The notes beneath the pieces were generated by a model, which did not search any database, had not been told where the DNA came from, and saw only the letters and a program-made list of their open reading frames with translations. A stretch of DNA of 64,000 nucleotides from a virus, in IMG/VR virus record IMGVR_UViG_3300034152_000556, positions 1 to 64,000 of that record. The stretch is one strand, 5' to 3'. Below are positions 38,127 to 48,290 of the stretch, one piece after another. Positions within the stretch are counted from its first letter, which is position 1. Each line of letters begins with the position of its first letter. The position numbers and the translations under genes are program-made.

Positions 38127-38740
38127 TACTCTGTCCTTTCCACCATACAACGAAAGTATGTTTCACGACCGTCGATGGGGTATCCTTCTTTTAAGGTTTC
38201 TGGCATAAATCTGAAATACCCTTCAAGTTCAAAAAAGTATTCCACTCTATCCGGTGTCCATATTGAAGCATGGGGGTCATAGGTTTCGTTTAATAACTCT
38301 GTTGTAATAAAGATGTTATGCCCCTCAAATTGTTCGTATGCTCTTGGGTGTAATTCTTCAGCGAGAATCTTTCCCAACAGTTTGAAATTTGGGACGATAA
38401 TATCTATTTTAGCTTCTGGTTCAGTTACTTGTGATAGGAGGTATATAAAATAGGGAATCTTTGTAAACGGAACATGTTCTAGAAAACGATACATTGATAT
38501 GTGATCAAATTTTAGATATGTGCGTTCTAAAAATTCATACACATCACTATTGACATATGCTATACCGTTATCGACGCGATTAAGACCTCTCCAGCCTTCA
38601 TAGTTACTCTCAACTTCATTTGGTGTCAGGCCAGAGAAATAGTTTCGATCAAGATTTATTAAATAGTATGGTCTTCTTGTCGTTTTTAAAACAAGTGGTT
38701 TTGATTTACCAGCACCAATATTTAAAATTAAATCATGCAT
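38126..38740 (-). CDS. Class I SAM-dependent methyltransferase-like protein
   Basis: LNIGAG, FLEHVP, IIVPN, H..IWT. Confidence 0.65.
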   Translation of the reverse strand: MHDLILNIGAGKSKPLVLKTTRRPYYLINLDRNYFSGLTPNEVESNYEGWRGLNRVDNGIAYVNSDVYEFLERTYLKFDHISMYRFLEHVPFTKIPYFIYLLSQVTEPEAKIDIIVPNFKLLGKILAEELHPRAYEQFEGHNIFITTELLNETYDPHASIWTPDRVEYFFELEGYFRFMPETLKEGYPIDGRETYFRCMVERTE

Positions 38741-38742
38741 GT

Positions 38743-39474
38743 TTACCTCACATATTCTAGCACTACGCTTTTTGTAAACGGTGCTATATAGAAATCAAAA
38801 TATTTTTGTCTATCAATATCCTTTGGGTCCATAATTTTTAAAGTTGGTTTTGTTACTTCTATCTCTCCATACCCTTTTAGATATATTCTAAATCTCTCTT
38901 TTATAGGTATTGCAAAGAGAGATGTATCTTTGGTTGTCATTATTTCATCTTTGATTCTTTGCAGCCCTCTAAATACCGCTGTCTTTTTTGCGAAGTTTAT
39001 CAAACAAATCTTTTTGAAAATGGTATCCATTTTATCATAGCGATATGGCACACCTTTTATCTTTGATACATTTCTTGTAGCATCGTGTGCGATATAACTA
39101 TTTCTTTTTATTGAACAAACAAACACATCAAACGAATTTCTGTGTTCAACAAGATAGTTGCCAATCTCTGTCTTATGCACTGTTCTTTTCAAAAGAATAC
39201 CATCATATTGACGTATCACAATGTCATCGTCTTTGATATTGTTTTGAGTGATGAAATCGTCTATGATCAGAGTGGTTGTTTCTCGAAGAAGTTTTGTAAT
39301 GCGTGAATTTTCTCGCATCATTTTTCCAATAGCAATGTTTCTCTCTAGTTTATTTCCTTTGTCGAGATGAGAAACATCGAACCCATGATTTTTTAAAATG
39401 GTATAATGACAGGCGGGTATATCATACGATTGTATATCGTGAGAGACTAGTCGAACATTTTCATTTATTTTCAT
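38743..39474 (-). CDS. Family B DNA polymerase-like palm/thumb fragment
   Basis: SYDIPACHYTIL (motif A-like), RQYDGIL (motif C-like), IKGV, IDRQKYFDFYI. Confidence 0.45.
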   Translation of the reverse strand: MKINENVRLVSHDIQSYDIPACHYTILKNHGFDVSHLDKGNKLERNIAIGKMMRENSRITKLLRETTTLIIDDFITQNNIKDDDIVIRQYDGILLKRTVHKTEIGNYLVEHRNSFDVFVCSIKRNSYIAHDATRNVSKIKGVPYRYDKMDTIFKKICLINFAKKTAVFRGLQRIKDEIMTTKDTSLFAIPIKERFRIYLKGYGEIEVTKPTLKIMDPKDIDRQKYFDFYIAPFTKSVVLEYVR

Positions 39475-39484
39475 GATAAAGATC

Positions 39485-39504
39485 GGGGGAGCCGAAGCTC
39501 CCCC
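39485..39504 (-). terminator. Stem-loop with cUUCGg tetraloop
   Basis: Minus strand GGGGGAGC-TTCG-GCTCCCCC; weak U-tract. Confidence 0.65.
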
Positions 39505-39513
39505 TCCCCTTTC

Positions 39514-40347
39514 TTATCTGATCAAATTGATTAATACATTGTCAATTTGAAGCAGATGGTTAATGTCATACATTTCATCTTGTCTATTTGTCAACCAAGT
39601 TACGGCATCACTGACAGTGTTCAATTCGTCAATGACTTTTGTACTTTGTTTGTAAAGAAGTTGAAGAGCCTCGGGATCAACTTCTTCAGCAAGTTTGGAG
39701 CGAACACTTGTTTCATCGCCCGTATAGAGCGGAATGTCAATTTCTTCATCGCGCTTTTTGACTCGTTGAATATTGTATGGAATCAGAAGCCCGTCGATTA
39801 GCTGACATGCCACAACGATGAGCCCTGTTTTAACTCCATAGCATTTGTAAACAATTCCGTCACCAGCAAGATATCGAATCTCGAAAGTGCTATTGTTATA
39901 AGCTCTCATTTCGACTCCAGGTAGATTCAAGACAGGATATACATCGGCATTTTCGAAAACTTTAAGCTTTCTGCGTTCATTTCCTTCTGAATCTGTTTCT
40001 CCAGTTCCATCCGGTGTTGTGACAATAAGATATTTTGTTGGGTCAACACCTCGAATGGATGCTTTGACGTAATTGATGTTTTCAAATTTTTCATGGTTCT
40101 CTTCAAACCAATTTGCAAGAGGTGTAACTTCTACTCTTTGAACTGGCTCTGTAACTTCTTCTTCAGTTACACCACCCGTCTCTTCTTCGGCTTGAACTGG
40201 TTGTTCTTCTTGCTGTGGTGTTGAGAGGTCTAGTTCTGTTTCGTTGAAGATCGCGTCTTCTCCTCCTGTTTGTTGATCGCTGATCATGCTTGATAGGTTA
40301 TCATTCATTTCTTCTGAAACTCCTTTGTCTGATTTTTCTACTGCCAT
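39514..40347 (-). CDS. Hypothetical protein with acidic N-terminus
   Basis: 277-aa ORF, SD GAGG. Confidence 0.7.
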   Translation of the reverse strand: MAVEKSDKGVSEEMNDNLSSMISDQQTGGEDAIFNETELDLSTPQQEEQPVQAEEETGGVTEEEVTEPVQRVEVTPLANWFEENHEKFENINYVKASIRGVDPTKYLIVTTPDGTGETDSEGNERRKLKVFENADVYPVLNLPGVEMRAYNNSTFEIRYLAGDGIVYKCYGVKTGLIVVACQLIDGLLIPYNIQRVKKRDEEIDIPLYTGDETSVRSKLAEEVDPEALQLLYKQSTKVIDELNTVSDAVTWLTNRQDEMYDINHLLQIDNVLINLIR

Positions 40348-40688
40348 TTTATCATATCCTCTTCTGCATTAGCTCTCCACTTTTTGGGGTCTATCTGAGT
40401 GTAAGTTTCTAGTGCAGCCCCAGCTAATGCAAACAATTTTATGAGGTTTTCATAAGCCTCTGATGGTGCGTTTCCGTCATCATCTAGTTCTTTACACGTT
40501 AGTAACCAAGGTGGTAAATGTGGTGACCATCTCCCAACATAAGCTTTTCTCATTTTTGCAACGTATTCTTCAAGGAAAAGAATAAAGCTTGGAAAGCTCA
40601 ATTCTTGAGCGTCTGAATAGTCACCAAAAACTTTCTTTTCGTATTCACGCTCTTTTTGATATAGTTCAAATAGTTTTTCTTGATCCAT
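40338..40688 (-). CDS. MazG-like (all-alpha NTP pyrophosphatase-like) protein
   Basis: ERxYExxxFG...LEEY...LIKLFALAGAALE pattern. Confidence 0.5.
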   Translation of the reverse strand: MDQEKLFELYQKEREYEKKVFGDYSDAQELSFPSFILFLEEYVAKMRKAYVGRWSPHLPPWLLTCKELDDDGNAPSEAYENLIKLFALAGAALETYTQIDPKKWRANAEEDMIKWQ

Positions 40689-40697
40689 TCGTCCTCC

Positions 40698-41621
40698 CTA
40701 AATGAATCTTTCATCGCTCAAACCACCAGTTGGAAATTTTGAGTTTATTGCAATGGCATTTGATGTATGTATCGATTCTTCATGTGTGCATTTTACAATC
40801 CAATCATATACCGGAAGCTTATCGAGCGCTTCTGATATCAGACGAATAGCATCTTCAACAAAGAGTGGGTTCTCTGATGCGATTCGTGCTATCTCTTGCT
40901 CATCCACACGTTTGATGATTGGGTATGGAAGTGTTTTAATTTTTGCTTCCACCGCTTCTACAATATCCTCTATCCAGATGTACGGAAGCTCTTTGCCTTT
41001 CAGCATTTCGTAATCAGCATAGAAGAATTTTATATAATCTTTGTGAACAGCCTCTACAAGAATATCTGCGTATGACCGCTGAGCGTGAGGAAACCCACTG
41101 CTGCCGCATTCTTTTAAATCAGAACACAGTTCAGCTGAGCATGGGCAATATGATGCGTATTGTATTCTAATACCTTGAAAGAATCGAAATATCTCTTGTA
41201 CTTCTGAAAATTTAAAAACGTCTTTTCGATTATGAAGTTGACCTTCAAATCTACAATCATAATAAAGTGGAAACTCATAATCTGAGATTGGTGATTTTTT
41301 GATCATCGGTAGTTTGAACTTAAAGTTTATATAGCTTGAGTAACCACCGACTTTGCTCTGAAAGTCTTTTAGTATTTTTAATAACAGAACCTTTTTTAGA
41401 GGTTTGTTAAGATACTTCTGTAAGGTTCTGAGAAACCTAGACATTGAGATGCCTTTCGTTTTATCATCTAAATCTGTTCTCATTGATACCTTTGCAGTGA
41501 GTTCGTGAAACCCACCATATTTAGACTCTAAAAGAAATGGCAACTCAACATCTTCTACACCAACTTGCCGAATAGGTCTTTTGATGTTTGGTTCTGTTTG
41601 TTGGATATCTGGAAGATTCAT
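40698..41621 (-). CDS. folE2: GTP cyclohydrolase IB
   Basis: QVGV, KGISMSRF, CPCS, PHAQRS, NPLFVEDAIR, EESIH. Confidence 0.9.
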   Translation of the reverse strand: MNLPDIQQTEPNIKRPIRQVGVEDVELPFLLESKYGGFHELTAKVSMRTDLDDKTKGISMSRFLRTLQKYLNKPLKKVLLLKILKDFQSKVGGYSSYINFKFKLPMIKKSPISDYEFPLYYDCRFEGQLHNRKDVFKFSEVQEIFRFFQGIRIQYASYCPCSAELCSDLKECGSSGFPHAQRSYADILVEAVHKDYIKFFYADYEMLKGKELPYIWIEDIVEAVEAKIKTLPYPIIKRVDEQEIARIASENPLFVEDAIRLISEALDKLPVYDWIVKCTHEESIHTSNAIAINSKFPTGGLSDERFI

Positions 41622-41794
41622 TCTTTCTCCAATACTAGATCAGCTGGATTGAATAACACCTTTTCATATTTAGGTGGTGCTTTTGGTGGTTCTGCCACGT
41701 TAGTGTTTTTGATATATTTTTTTAAATATCTTCTGTCATAATCATAGTGATACCCTGATGATGATGATGTTCCGTGGGTGTTTGACCAGCTCAT
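41618..41794 (-). CDS. Small protein, 58 aa (not in ORF track)
   Basis: ATGA overlaps at both ends (rpoB-like stop, folE2 start); MSWSNTHG...LFNPADLVLEKE*. Confidence 0.65.
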   Translation of the reverse strand: MSWSNTHGTSSSSGYHYDYDRRYLKKYIKNTNVAEPPKAPPKYEKVLFNPADLVLEKE

Positions 41795-44784
41795 CGGTGA
41801 TCAGCTCCTATAACTGTTAAATATGCATTCAACAGCTTAACTGATTCTGGTGTTGTATCCAGATCATGTGATTCTTCTGGTAAGTTTGGTGAGATCACAT
41901 CTCGTATATATCTATTTTTCATATCAATACAATCTGATTTAGTTGTAAGAAATTCAAATAGATTACATGGTGCATCGTGACCAATTAGACATGCGGTTTC
42001 CATCTCACCACATCTCTGACCCCCTTTGTTCTTTCTACCTCCCAACGGTTGAAGCGTTCTTCTTGCATATGCTCCAATACCACGAGCCGCTAGTTTCTCT
42101 TCAGCGATGTGAACCATTCTGAAGAAATAGATATAACCAGTTGCTATTCGATTAAGAAGATGCTGTTTGGCAACAGGATCATAAATCTGTTGTTTGTATC
42201 TTGTTTTTGTATAAGCCAACGCTTGAGTTAGATCGTGTTCCTTAATCGAATTAAAAGGTGGTTGAATCAGAGTTAAGTTATTGATAAATTCTTCGTCAAT
42301 TGTCTCTGGTAGATTTTCTTTGAATTGTTTTAGATACCAACCGGATTTGGTTTTGTCAATAATCTTAATATAATCAAGAATATACTTTTTCAAATCTTTT
42401 TGATTATCAAGCATTGTCAATGCTTGTTTTTTAAGGTCTTCTAGAGAGAGTGTCAGATGCAACTCAAACAGTTGACCGGTATTCATTCTAGAGATAATAC
42501 CAAGAGGATTGATACAAATATCAACATGACGACCATCAGGCAACTGTGGCATCTTATCTTGTGGTAATATTCTTGAGATAACACCTTTATTACCATGACG
42601 ATTTGCCATCTTATCACCCACCTGAACTGGGCGGAAGTGAACACCGAACATCTCTATCTCAATTCCGTTTATGCGTTCCTTCTTAAACTTGTATTTACCA
42701 ACAAATGAAAATTTATCTAAGTCGTTTTCTCTGATAAATCGATTTGCTTCATTTTTTGGTAGCTTGTCTTTGATGATTTTACAAAGATATGTTTCTCGTT
42801 CTTTCTGAGCTTCGATCTTTTTTTGAACCCAATCATCAAACTCTGGAACATCGGTATTCCACTCATTTGCATAAATATTTACATCCGAAATGATCATGAA
42901 TTTTTTCGCTTCAAGTCTATTCTCTTCATTGAATACTGAATAGAAATCTTCATAGTTCATAGACTTGATAATTGCATATGGTGCGCCTTTTTGAATTTTT
43001 TCGAACAGGTCTGGTAATGGTTTATATGTGTTCTCATCAATTGACATGAGAACTTTTGAAGGTGGCAATGTAAAAGATAAATCCATAAAGTGAACTGATG
43101 TTAAAATTTGATCTTTCACCAAACGATCTGAAACAACAATGCCATCTTCGTAATTATCTCCATAGTATGACATAACGGCTGTAAGTAAATTACGCCCAAT
43201 GTTTATTTTACCATCTTTACAGAAGTTGCTCTCTGCAAGAATATCACCAGCTTTGAATTGATCACCTGTTCTCACATAGATGTTCATGAAGTCCATGTGT
43301 TCAACATATATTTTGCGATAAGCTATTATGAAGATGTCTACTTCACCATCATCATACTGAACAATTAAATATTCTTGATCTAGATGAATTACCTCGCCAT
43401 CCTTCTTTGCTCTTTTTACAAATTGCGTATAATCTGTATAGAGCCATTCGCAGCCTGATTGAATATAAGGCTGTTCTAGCTTTTTTAATAAGATTGCTTG
43501 TCTCATTTGAGACGAAGCCATCTGCAATCTTGTTGGATCATCGTGTTCGCAAAATGGTGTCATTGATACGGGTATTGATATTGGTTGTTCATCACATATT
43601 TCATTGGTGAATTTTAGATTTTCATCAATTGAAACATTAGGTATCATGTTCTGTAAGACACCACAGTTGTCTCGGTCTGGTGTGTCAACCGGACATATAC
43701 GACCAAACATTGTAGGGCATATATCGCGTAAGTGCTTTGGTATATTTTCTCTTTTAAACCCACCCGGACCTAATAAACTAACTCTCGAAAGTTTGGTTAG
43801 TTCTTCAATTGGGTTAATAGAGAAATCAAACTGAACAATATCAGACACGTTTGATTCGTTGATAATTTGAGTTGAGTTAATATTAAACTTAGGTTGTCTT
43901 GCCGTTCTATTTGAAAAACACAAATCAAACACATTCTTTGCAACTTTAGACAATACCATGTATTCAAAACAGCGTACTCGCTTGTTTGTTAAAAGCGTAT
44001 CGTCTATGTATTGAGTTCTTGCGGCTTCGATCAACTCATCAAGAATTGTCTCTTGTGTTAAGAACTTTGCAGTCATGACATCAATTTTTGGTATAATGTC
44101 AAGTGCATACATCACATCTTCGCCTTTCGAACGAGCGTTGTATTTTGAATATAGACGACCAATTTCTAGAATGAAATCATCTTGAGTATATCCTTTTGAC
44201 TCTTCGTAGTAGCTCACTAGATCAGCCACCATTTGCTCATACAAAGTTTCAGGTTTTGGTATTGAAGCGTTTTTAAGGTCAAAACGTTTTGCCATTTCCT
44301 CCATACCAAAATAACCAAGCAACATTAGAGAGAATGGTGCTTTGCGTCCAAGAAAGCTCATCTTCAGATATGGTGGTTCTTTATCTTTGAACAACATGAT
44401 TGTTGCCACATTTGTTCTAAGCTTGATTGATGTGCCTCTTGTTACAACTGGTATATCAAACATTTGAAACAGAGGTATCTTCCTACGACCATTAATGAGA
44501 ACGTAGTTGTCCTCGATAAGTTTTGGAATGAACATGCTTAGATCAATTTCTGATGATCCTTTCTTCAATCTTATGACAAGCGATTGTCGAATTGTTTTAG
44601 ACAATTCACCAGTAGAAAACCTTGAGTCTTTCAGATCAAGTTCTGTAACAGCAAACCCAAGGTCTTCTGCTGGTTTTAGAATTTCTCGAACGGTCGGAAG
44701 TATCTGTTTATAGTCGTCTTGTCGAAGAGTGAAGATGTTTCTTTCTGGGTTTTGAATCTTAAAGATTGGGTTTATAATCTTCAC
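41791..44784 (-). CDS. rpoB: Phage multisubunit RNA polymerase beta-like subunit
   Basis: GRICPVDTPD, RLQMASSQMRQA, GRNL...NYEDGIVVS, GDKMANRHGNKGVISRI, NPLGIISRMNTGQ, GGQRCGEME. Confidence 0.93.
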   Translation of the reverse strand: MKIINPIFKIQNPERNIFTLRQDDYKQILPTVREILKPAEDLGFAVTELDLKDSRFSTGELSKTIRQSLVIRLKKGSSEIDLSMFIPKLIEDNYVLINGRRKIPLFQMFDIPVVTRGTSIKLRTNVATIMLFKDKEPPYLKMSFLGRKAPFSLMLLGYFGMEEMAKRFDLKNASIPKPETLYEQMVADLVSYYEESKGYTQDDFILEIGRLYSKYNARSKGEDVMYALDIIPKIDVMTAKFLTQETILDELIEAARTQYIDDTLLTNKRVRCFEYMVLSKVAKNVFDLCFSNRTARQPKFNINSTQIINESNVSDIVQFDFSINPIEELTKLSRVSLLGPGGFKRENIPKHLRDICPTMFGRICPVDTPDRDNCGVLQNMIPNVSIDENLKFTNEICDEQPISIPVSMTPFCEHDDPTRLQMASSQMRQAILLKKLEQPYIQSGCEWLYTDYTQFVKRAKKDGEVIHLDQEYLIVQYDDGEVDIFIIAYRKIYVEHMDFMNIYVRTGDQFKAGDILAESNFCKDGKINIGRNLLTAVMSYYGDNYEDGIVVSDRLVKDQILTSVHFMDLSFTLPPSKVLMSIDENTYKPLPDLFEKIQKGAPYAIIKSMNYEDFYSVFNEENRLEAKKFMIISDVNIYANEWNTDVPEFDDWVQKKIEAQKERETYLCKIIKDKLPKNEANRFIRENDLDKFSFVGKYKFKKERINGIEIEMFGVHFRPVQVGDKMANRHGNKGVISRILPQDKMPQLPDGRHVDICINPLGIISRMNTGQLFELHLTLSLEDLKKQALTMLDNQKDLKKYILDYIKIIDKTKSGWYLKQFKENLPETIDEEFINNLTLIQPPFNSIKEHDLTQALAYTKTRYKQQIYDPVAKQHLLNRIATGYIYFFRMVHIAEEKLAARGIGAYARRTLQPLGGRKNKGGQRCGEMETACLIGHDAPCNLFEFLTTKSDCIDMKNRYIRDVISPNLPEESHDLDTTPESVKLLNAYLTVIGADHR

Positions 44785-47486
44785 TGAATTCTTTCTCCTT
44801 TTAGTATTTTATCAAGTACTCCTGAATAACGTCCTTCGTATAGTATTCCTTGCAAGATACTTCGCTTTGGATTAGAAAACGCCATTGATAGAATCCAACT
44901 TTCTTGATTTGGTACTGATTGAACACTGTAGTAATCTGGTTCAATCTCATTTCGGTTGTCTAGCAATCGCCATTTTCTGTAATTCTTCCACATTAGCTGA
45001 GCTACAACACATTCATAATGAACATGATGTATATCGTTGTCATAGACATCAAACAACTCGTCTACAATTTCAGTGTATGTTTTTCCTTTAAATTTATGTA
45101 GTAAGGAAGACACGGTTGCGAGATCACCGATGATGTCTTGCTGTCTCATATCTTCACTTTGTCTTTCGCCTTTAATAATTGCTGATCCTGAGGTATGAAA
45201 TGTTCTCAAAACCAATTGTGTTGATCTTTCACCCAGCGTTTGTGCAGCTAATATGCCGATAAATCTACTGTTTAAACTTTTATACAAATCACCATAACAT
45301 TTTGTACATATCTTTGGTGATTTGCATAGAATAGGACTTCGAATTTCGATAGTTTTTCCAATTAAGGTGTCAATGTCATCTTTTGTTATCATAGAAAGAG
45401 TGCCATCTGGGTTTTTCATCCATCGCTTCACTAACATAGAGGCTTTCTTTCTTGTGCTGACATTAACTTCTAAGAAATCGGTTGTGCCACAATCATCCAA
45501 CGCTTCATCAAGTTGAAGGTTTGCTCCTGTAAATATCAATTTTCTTGATAGATAGCCAGATGTTCCCGTATTAAGAGCAACATCAAGAAGCCCTTTTCTA
45601 CAACCATAGGTTGAGTAGAAAAATTCTTCTTCAGTCAATCCTTCAATTAGATTGTGTTTAATTGGGAGCGGCAAAATCTCACCATCGAAATTAGAGATGA
45701 AACCGCGTGTTACAATAAGCTGCTTAACTTGATCCCAACTACCTCTAGCCCCAGACTCTATCATATATGCATATTTAAAGTGTGATTTCATCTCTTTGGT
45801 TAGAGCTTTATCTGAAATCGCCTGTAACTGTTCTCTTACATTTGGTTTGTTATAGAGACTATCTCTATACTCTTTAACTCCATCGAATATACAATCTGGT
45901 AGAGACATGGTACACCCAAATAGGGTTGAATATTTAAATCCGATTTTCTTAACATTGTCAAGAATATCCCTTGTAACTTCTTTGTTATATGTGTCTTTGA
46001 TTTCATTCAGAATTCTCATTAGAGCCTTCTTATCAACGACACCTTTTACCAACCTGAAGTCTTCGGGGAGACACTGATTAAATTCGGCTTCTCCTTGCGT
46101 TACCTTCTCACCTTTTAATAATACCTTATCTTCAGATTGATGAAATTCGTTCTTTGTCAAGAAATAAACACCAAGAATAACATCTTGGCTTGGCGTGGTA
46201 GTTAGTTTTTCATTTGCTGGGCTACTCAGGTTATTTGTAACCAATATCTTTTCTCGTATTTCTGTTTTTGCTTCTTCAGTAATTGGTATGTAAACTGCCA
46301 TTTGATCTCCATCAAAGTCTGCATTGAATGGGGGGCATACTAATGGGTGAATCTTGATCACATGCTCTAGACCAACTTTTATTTTGAACCCAAGCATACC
46401 CAAGCGATGTAGAGATGGTTGTCTATTAAGAACACAAACTTCATCTCTTACAACGTCTTGACAGACTTTAAATAGAACGGGAGATTGCATATCAATACAT
46501 TGTTCAATAAAGTCAATTGCTTTATTTAAAAGTTTGAACTTACCAAGCTCGATGATTCGTTTTGCAACAGGCAGTTTATAGATTTCTAGAATCATCAAAT
46601 ATGGCAACACACATTCGTCTAAGTTTAATGTTGGGTCTGGCGTGATTACAGCACGACCAGAGAAATCAATTCTTTTACCAAGAATGTTTCCACGAATCAG
46701 ACCTTCTTTTTTTGCCATCTTATCAAGTATCTGATCGTATAACTCTTTGACATTTTTCTGAAGTTGTTTGAAATAAGTGTAGTACAATTGTTTTTCTTTT
46801 TTGATATCAATGATCGTATCTAACATGATATCGCGTTTTGTTAAAATCTGGACATAATATCTATTGATTTTATCCATCAATTGTTTTTGCCCACCAGTTT
46901 TTGATGCTGGTCTTAGGTCGGGTGGCAATACTATGACTTTATCAATCAGAAGATTGTCTAGATTGTCTTTGATCACTTGCCATTCTTCGATCTCTTCTTC
47001 TAGATATAAGTCAGCAATCGTTTCTACCAATTTGTAGATTGCTTCAGTTCTTTCAAACTTTTCTGTTCCTTTTGGTATGTTATCGTCTGAGAGAGTCACA
47101 ACTGGGAACCCTTCACTGTCTAGATACAGTATGCTTTTCTCGTTTTTCATAAGATCGTCAAGTGCTCTCTTGATTAGTTTACCACCAAGATCGACTAGCA
47201 GATCATAGAAAAGTGGGTTGACAACGGATATGGGCATAATGATTTTTGCAAATCTCTTTCTTCTTTCGTCGCTATTTTCAATTTCGACTTTACAATCTGC
47301 ACATACCGTTCCAGCTTTCGATACTCCGTGATATTTACCACACTGACATGTGTAGTTTTTTAATGGGCCAAATATCTGTTCTGAGAATAAGCCTTCGGCG
47401 TGAAACTTCTTTTTTCCGAAAACTTTTACTGAAGTAACCTCTGGTAGTTCTTCGCAAAATTGTTGATAGTTTAAGATTTTTGGCAT
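44781..47486 (-). CDS. rpoC: Phage multisubunit RNA polymerase beta'-like subunit
   Basis: GLFSEQIFGP..CQC, PPDLRP, GKRIDFSGRAVI, NRQPSLH, NADFDGDQMA, TSGYLSRKL, TQLVLRTFH. Confidence 0.95.
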   Translation of the reverse strand: MPKILNYQQFCEELPEVTSVKVFGKKKFHAEGLFSEQIFGPLKNYTCQCGKYHGVSKAGTVCADCKVEIENSDERRKRFAKIIMPISVVNPLFYDLLVDLGGKLIKRALDDLMKNEKSILYLDSEGFPVVTLSDDNIPKGTEKFERTEAIYKLVETIADLYLEEEIEEWQVIKDNLDNLLIDKVIVLPPDLRPASKTGGQKQLMDKINRYYVQILTKRDIMLDTIIDIKKEKQLYYTYFKQLQKNVKELYDQILDKMAKKEGLIRGNILGKRIDFSGRAVITPDPTLNLDECVLPYLMILEIYKLPVAKRIIELGKFKLLNKAIDFIEQCIDMQSPVLFKVCQDVVRDEVCVLNRQPSLHRLGMLGFKIKVGLEHVIKIHPLVCPPFNADFDGDQMAVYIPITEEAKTEIREKILVTNNLSSPANEKLTTTPSQDVILGVYFLTKNEFHQSEDKVLLKGEKVTQGEAEFNQCLPEDFRLVKGVVDKKALMRILNEIKDTYNKEVTRDILDNVKKIGFKYSTLFGCTMSLPDCIFDGVKEYRDSLYNKPNVREQLQAISDKALTKEMKSHFKYAYMIESGARGSWDQVKQLIVTRGFISNFDGEILPLPIKHNLIEGLTEEEFFYSTYGCRKGLLDVALNTGTSGYLSRKLIFTGANLQLDEALDDCGTTDFLEVNVSTRKKASMLVKRWMKNPDGTLSMITKDDIDTLIGKTIEIRSPILCKSPKICTKCYGDLYKSLNSRFIGILAAQTLGERSTQLVLRTFHTSGSAIIKGERQSEDMRQQDIIGDLATVSSLLHKFKGKTYTEIVDELFDVYDNDIHHVHYECVVAQLMWKNYRKWRLLDNRNEIEPDYYSVQSVPNQESWILSMAFSNPKRSILQGILYEGRYSGVLDKILKGERIQ

Positions 47487-47492
47487 AGACCT

Positions 47493-47735
47493 TTACTCTC
47501 CCTCACTGAAAAATTCATACATCTTTTTTGCTAACATAGCCAAATGTTCTTTGACTCTATTTGATATGATTCTGTCTAAGTCTGGCATTAGTTCATTAAC
47601 AACATCTCTAATTTCATCTTGTGTTAGTTGTATTTCATTCTTCTTTATCGTTTCTTGAATCAGACTCGATAGATTCTCCTCTAGCATTTGTGCTAGAGTT
47701 TGCATTCTCTCGTCTTTCTCGTTCTTGTTCTGCAT
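47493..47735 (-). CDS. Small helical hypothetical protein (start may be the second Met)
   Basis: Immediately upstream of the rpoC-like gene. Confidence 0.55.
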   Translation of the reverse strand: MQNKNEKDERMQTLAQMLEENLSSLIQETIKKNEIQLTQDEIRDVVNELMPDLDRIISNRVKEHLAMLAKKMYEFFSEGE

Positions 47736-47940
47736 CCCGTAAACCTTTCATGATTTTGTATTTAATTTCTGTTATCTTGTAATCCCAAGCTGCTGCTATA
47801 GCAGTTGCAACTTTTTCAACAACCTTATTTAGTAACTTAGAGCCACTTTCTCGTATCAGCTGATCTATTTCTTCTACTCCCTCCTCCACTGCTTCTTCAA
47901 GTGTTTTCTTTTTTGGTTCTTGTTTGTCTTCCATACTCAC
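47635..47940 (-). CDS. Small hypothetical protein
   Basis: GTG start with SD AGGAG. Confidence 0.55.
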   Translation of the reverse strand: MSMEDKQEPKKKTLEEAVEEGVEEIDQLIRESGSKLLNKVVEKVATAIAAAWDYKITEIKYKIMKGLRDAEQERERRENANSSTNARGESIESDSRNDKEE

Positions 47941-47948
47941 GCTCCTGC

Positions 47949-48290
47949 CTATGTGATTTTTGCATATTCTTTTATTTCATGCCACGGTGTAAAGTAGCAA
48001 GCGTCTAGATTAAATGTATAGATGACATTTTCTATCATCTTTTTAGTTGTTTCATTCAGTGGTAAATTCTGTAGGTTTTCAGGTAAACAAAGTTCCCTTG
48101 TTCGTGGGTCTGCATTAGGATGATTACCCAACAATTTAACTTCGTGGATTTTGTCAAAAAGTGTCTCAACGATATATCCATCTATTATCATAAATTCATC
48201 TAGCTCTATAATTTTATAATACTCGTTTTTGTATTTCATTCGTCCTGGCTTGATTTTTTTCTTCACTTTGATTCTTTTTCTTACTTGCAT
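47949..48290 (-). CDS. Minimal UBC/E2-like protein
   Basis: HPNADPRTRELCLP resembles the E2 HPN...C catalytic signature; TGATG-coupled to the ThiF gene. Confidence 0.6.
   Translation of the reverse strand: MQVRKRIKVKKKIKPGRMKYKNEYYKIIELDEFMIIDGYIVETLFDKIHEVKLLGNHPNADPRTRELCLPENLQNLPLNETTKKMIENVIYTFNLDACYFTPWHEIKEYAKIT

Noticed and set aside
41791-47486. Host chromosomal rpoBC contamination
   Set aside because: Reversed order, much shorter subunits, no ribosomal protein neighbours, and overlap-coupled to phage-like genes.
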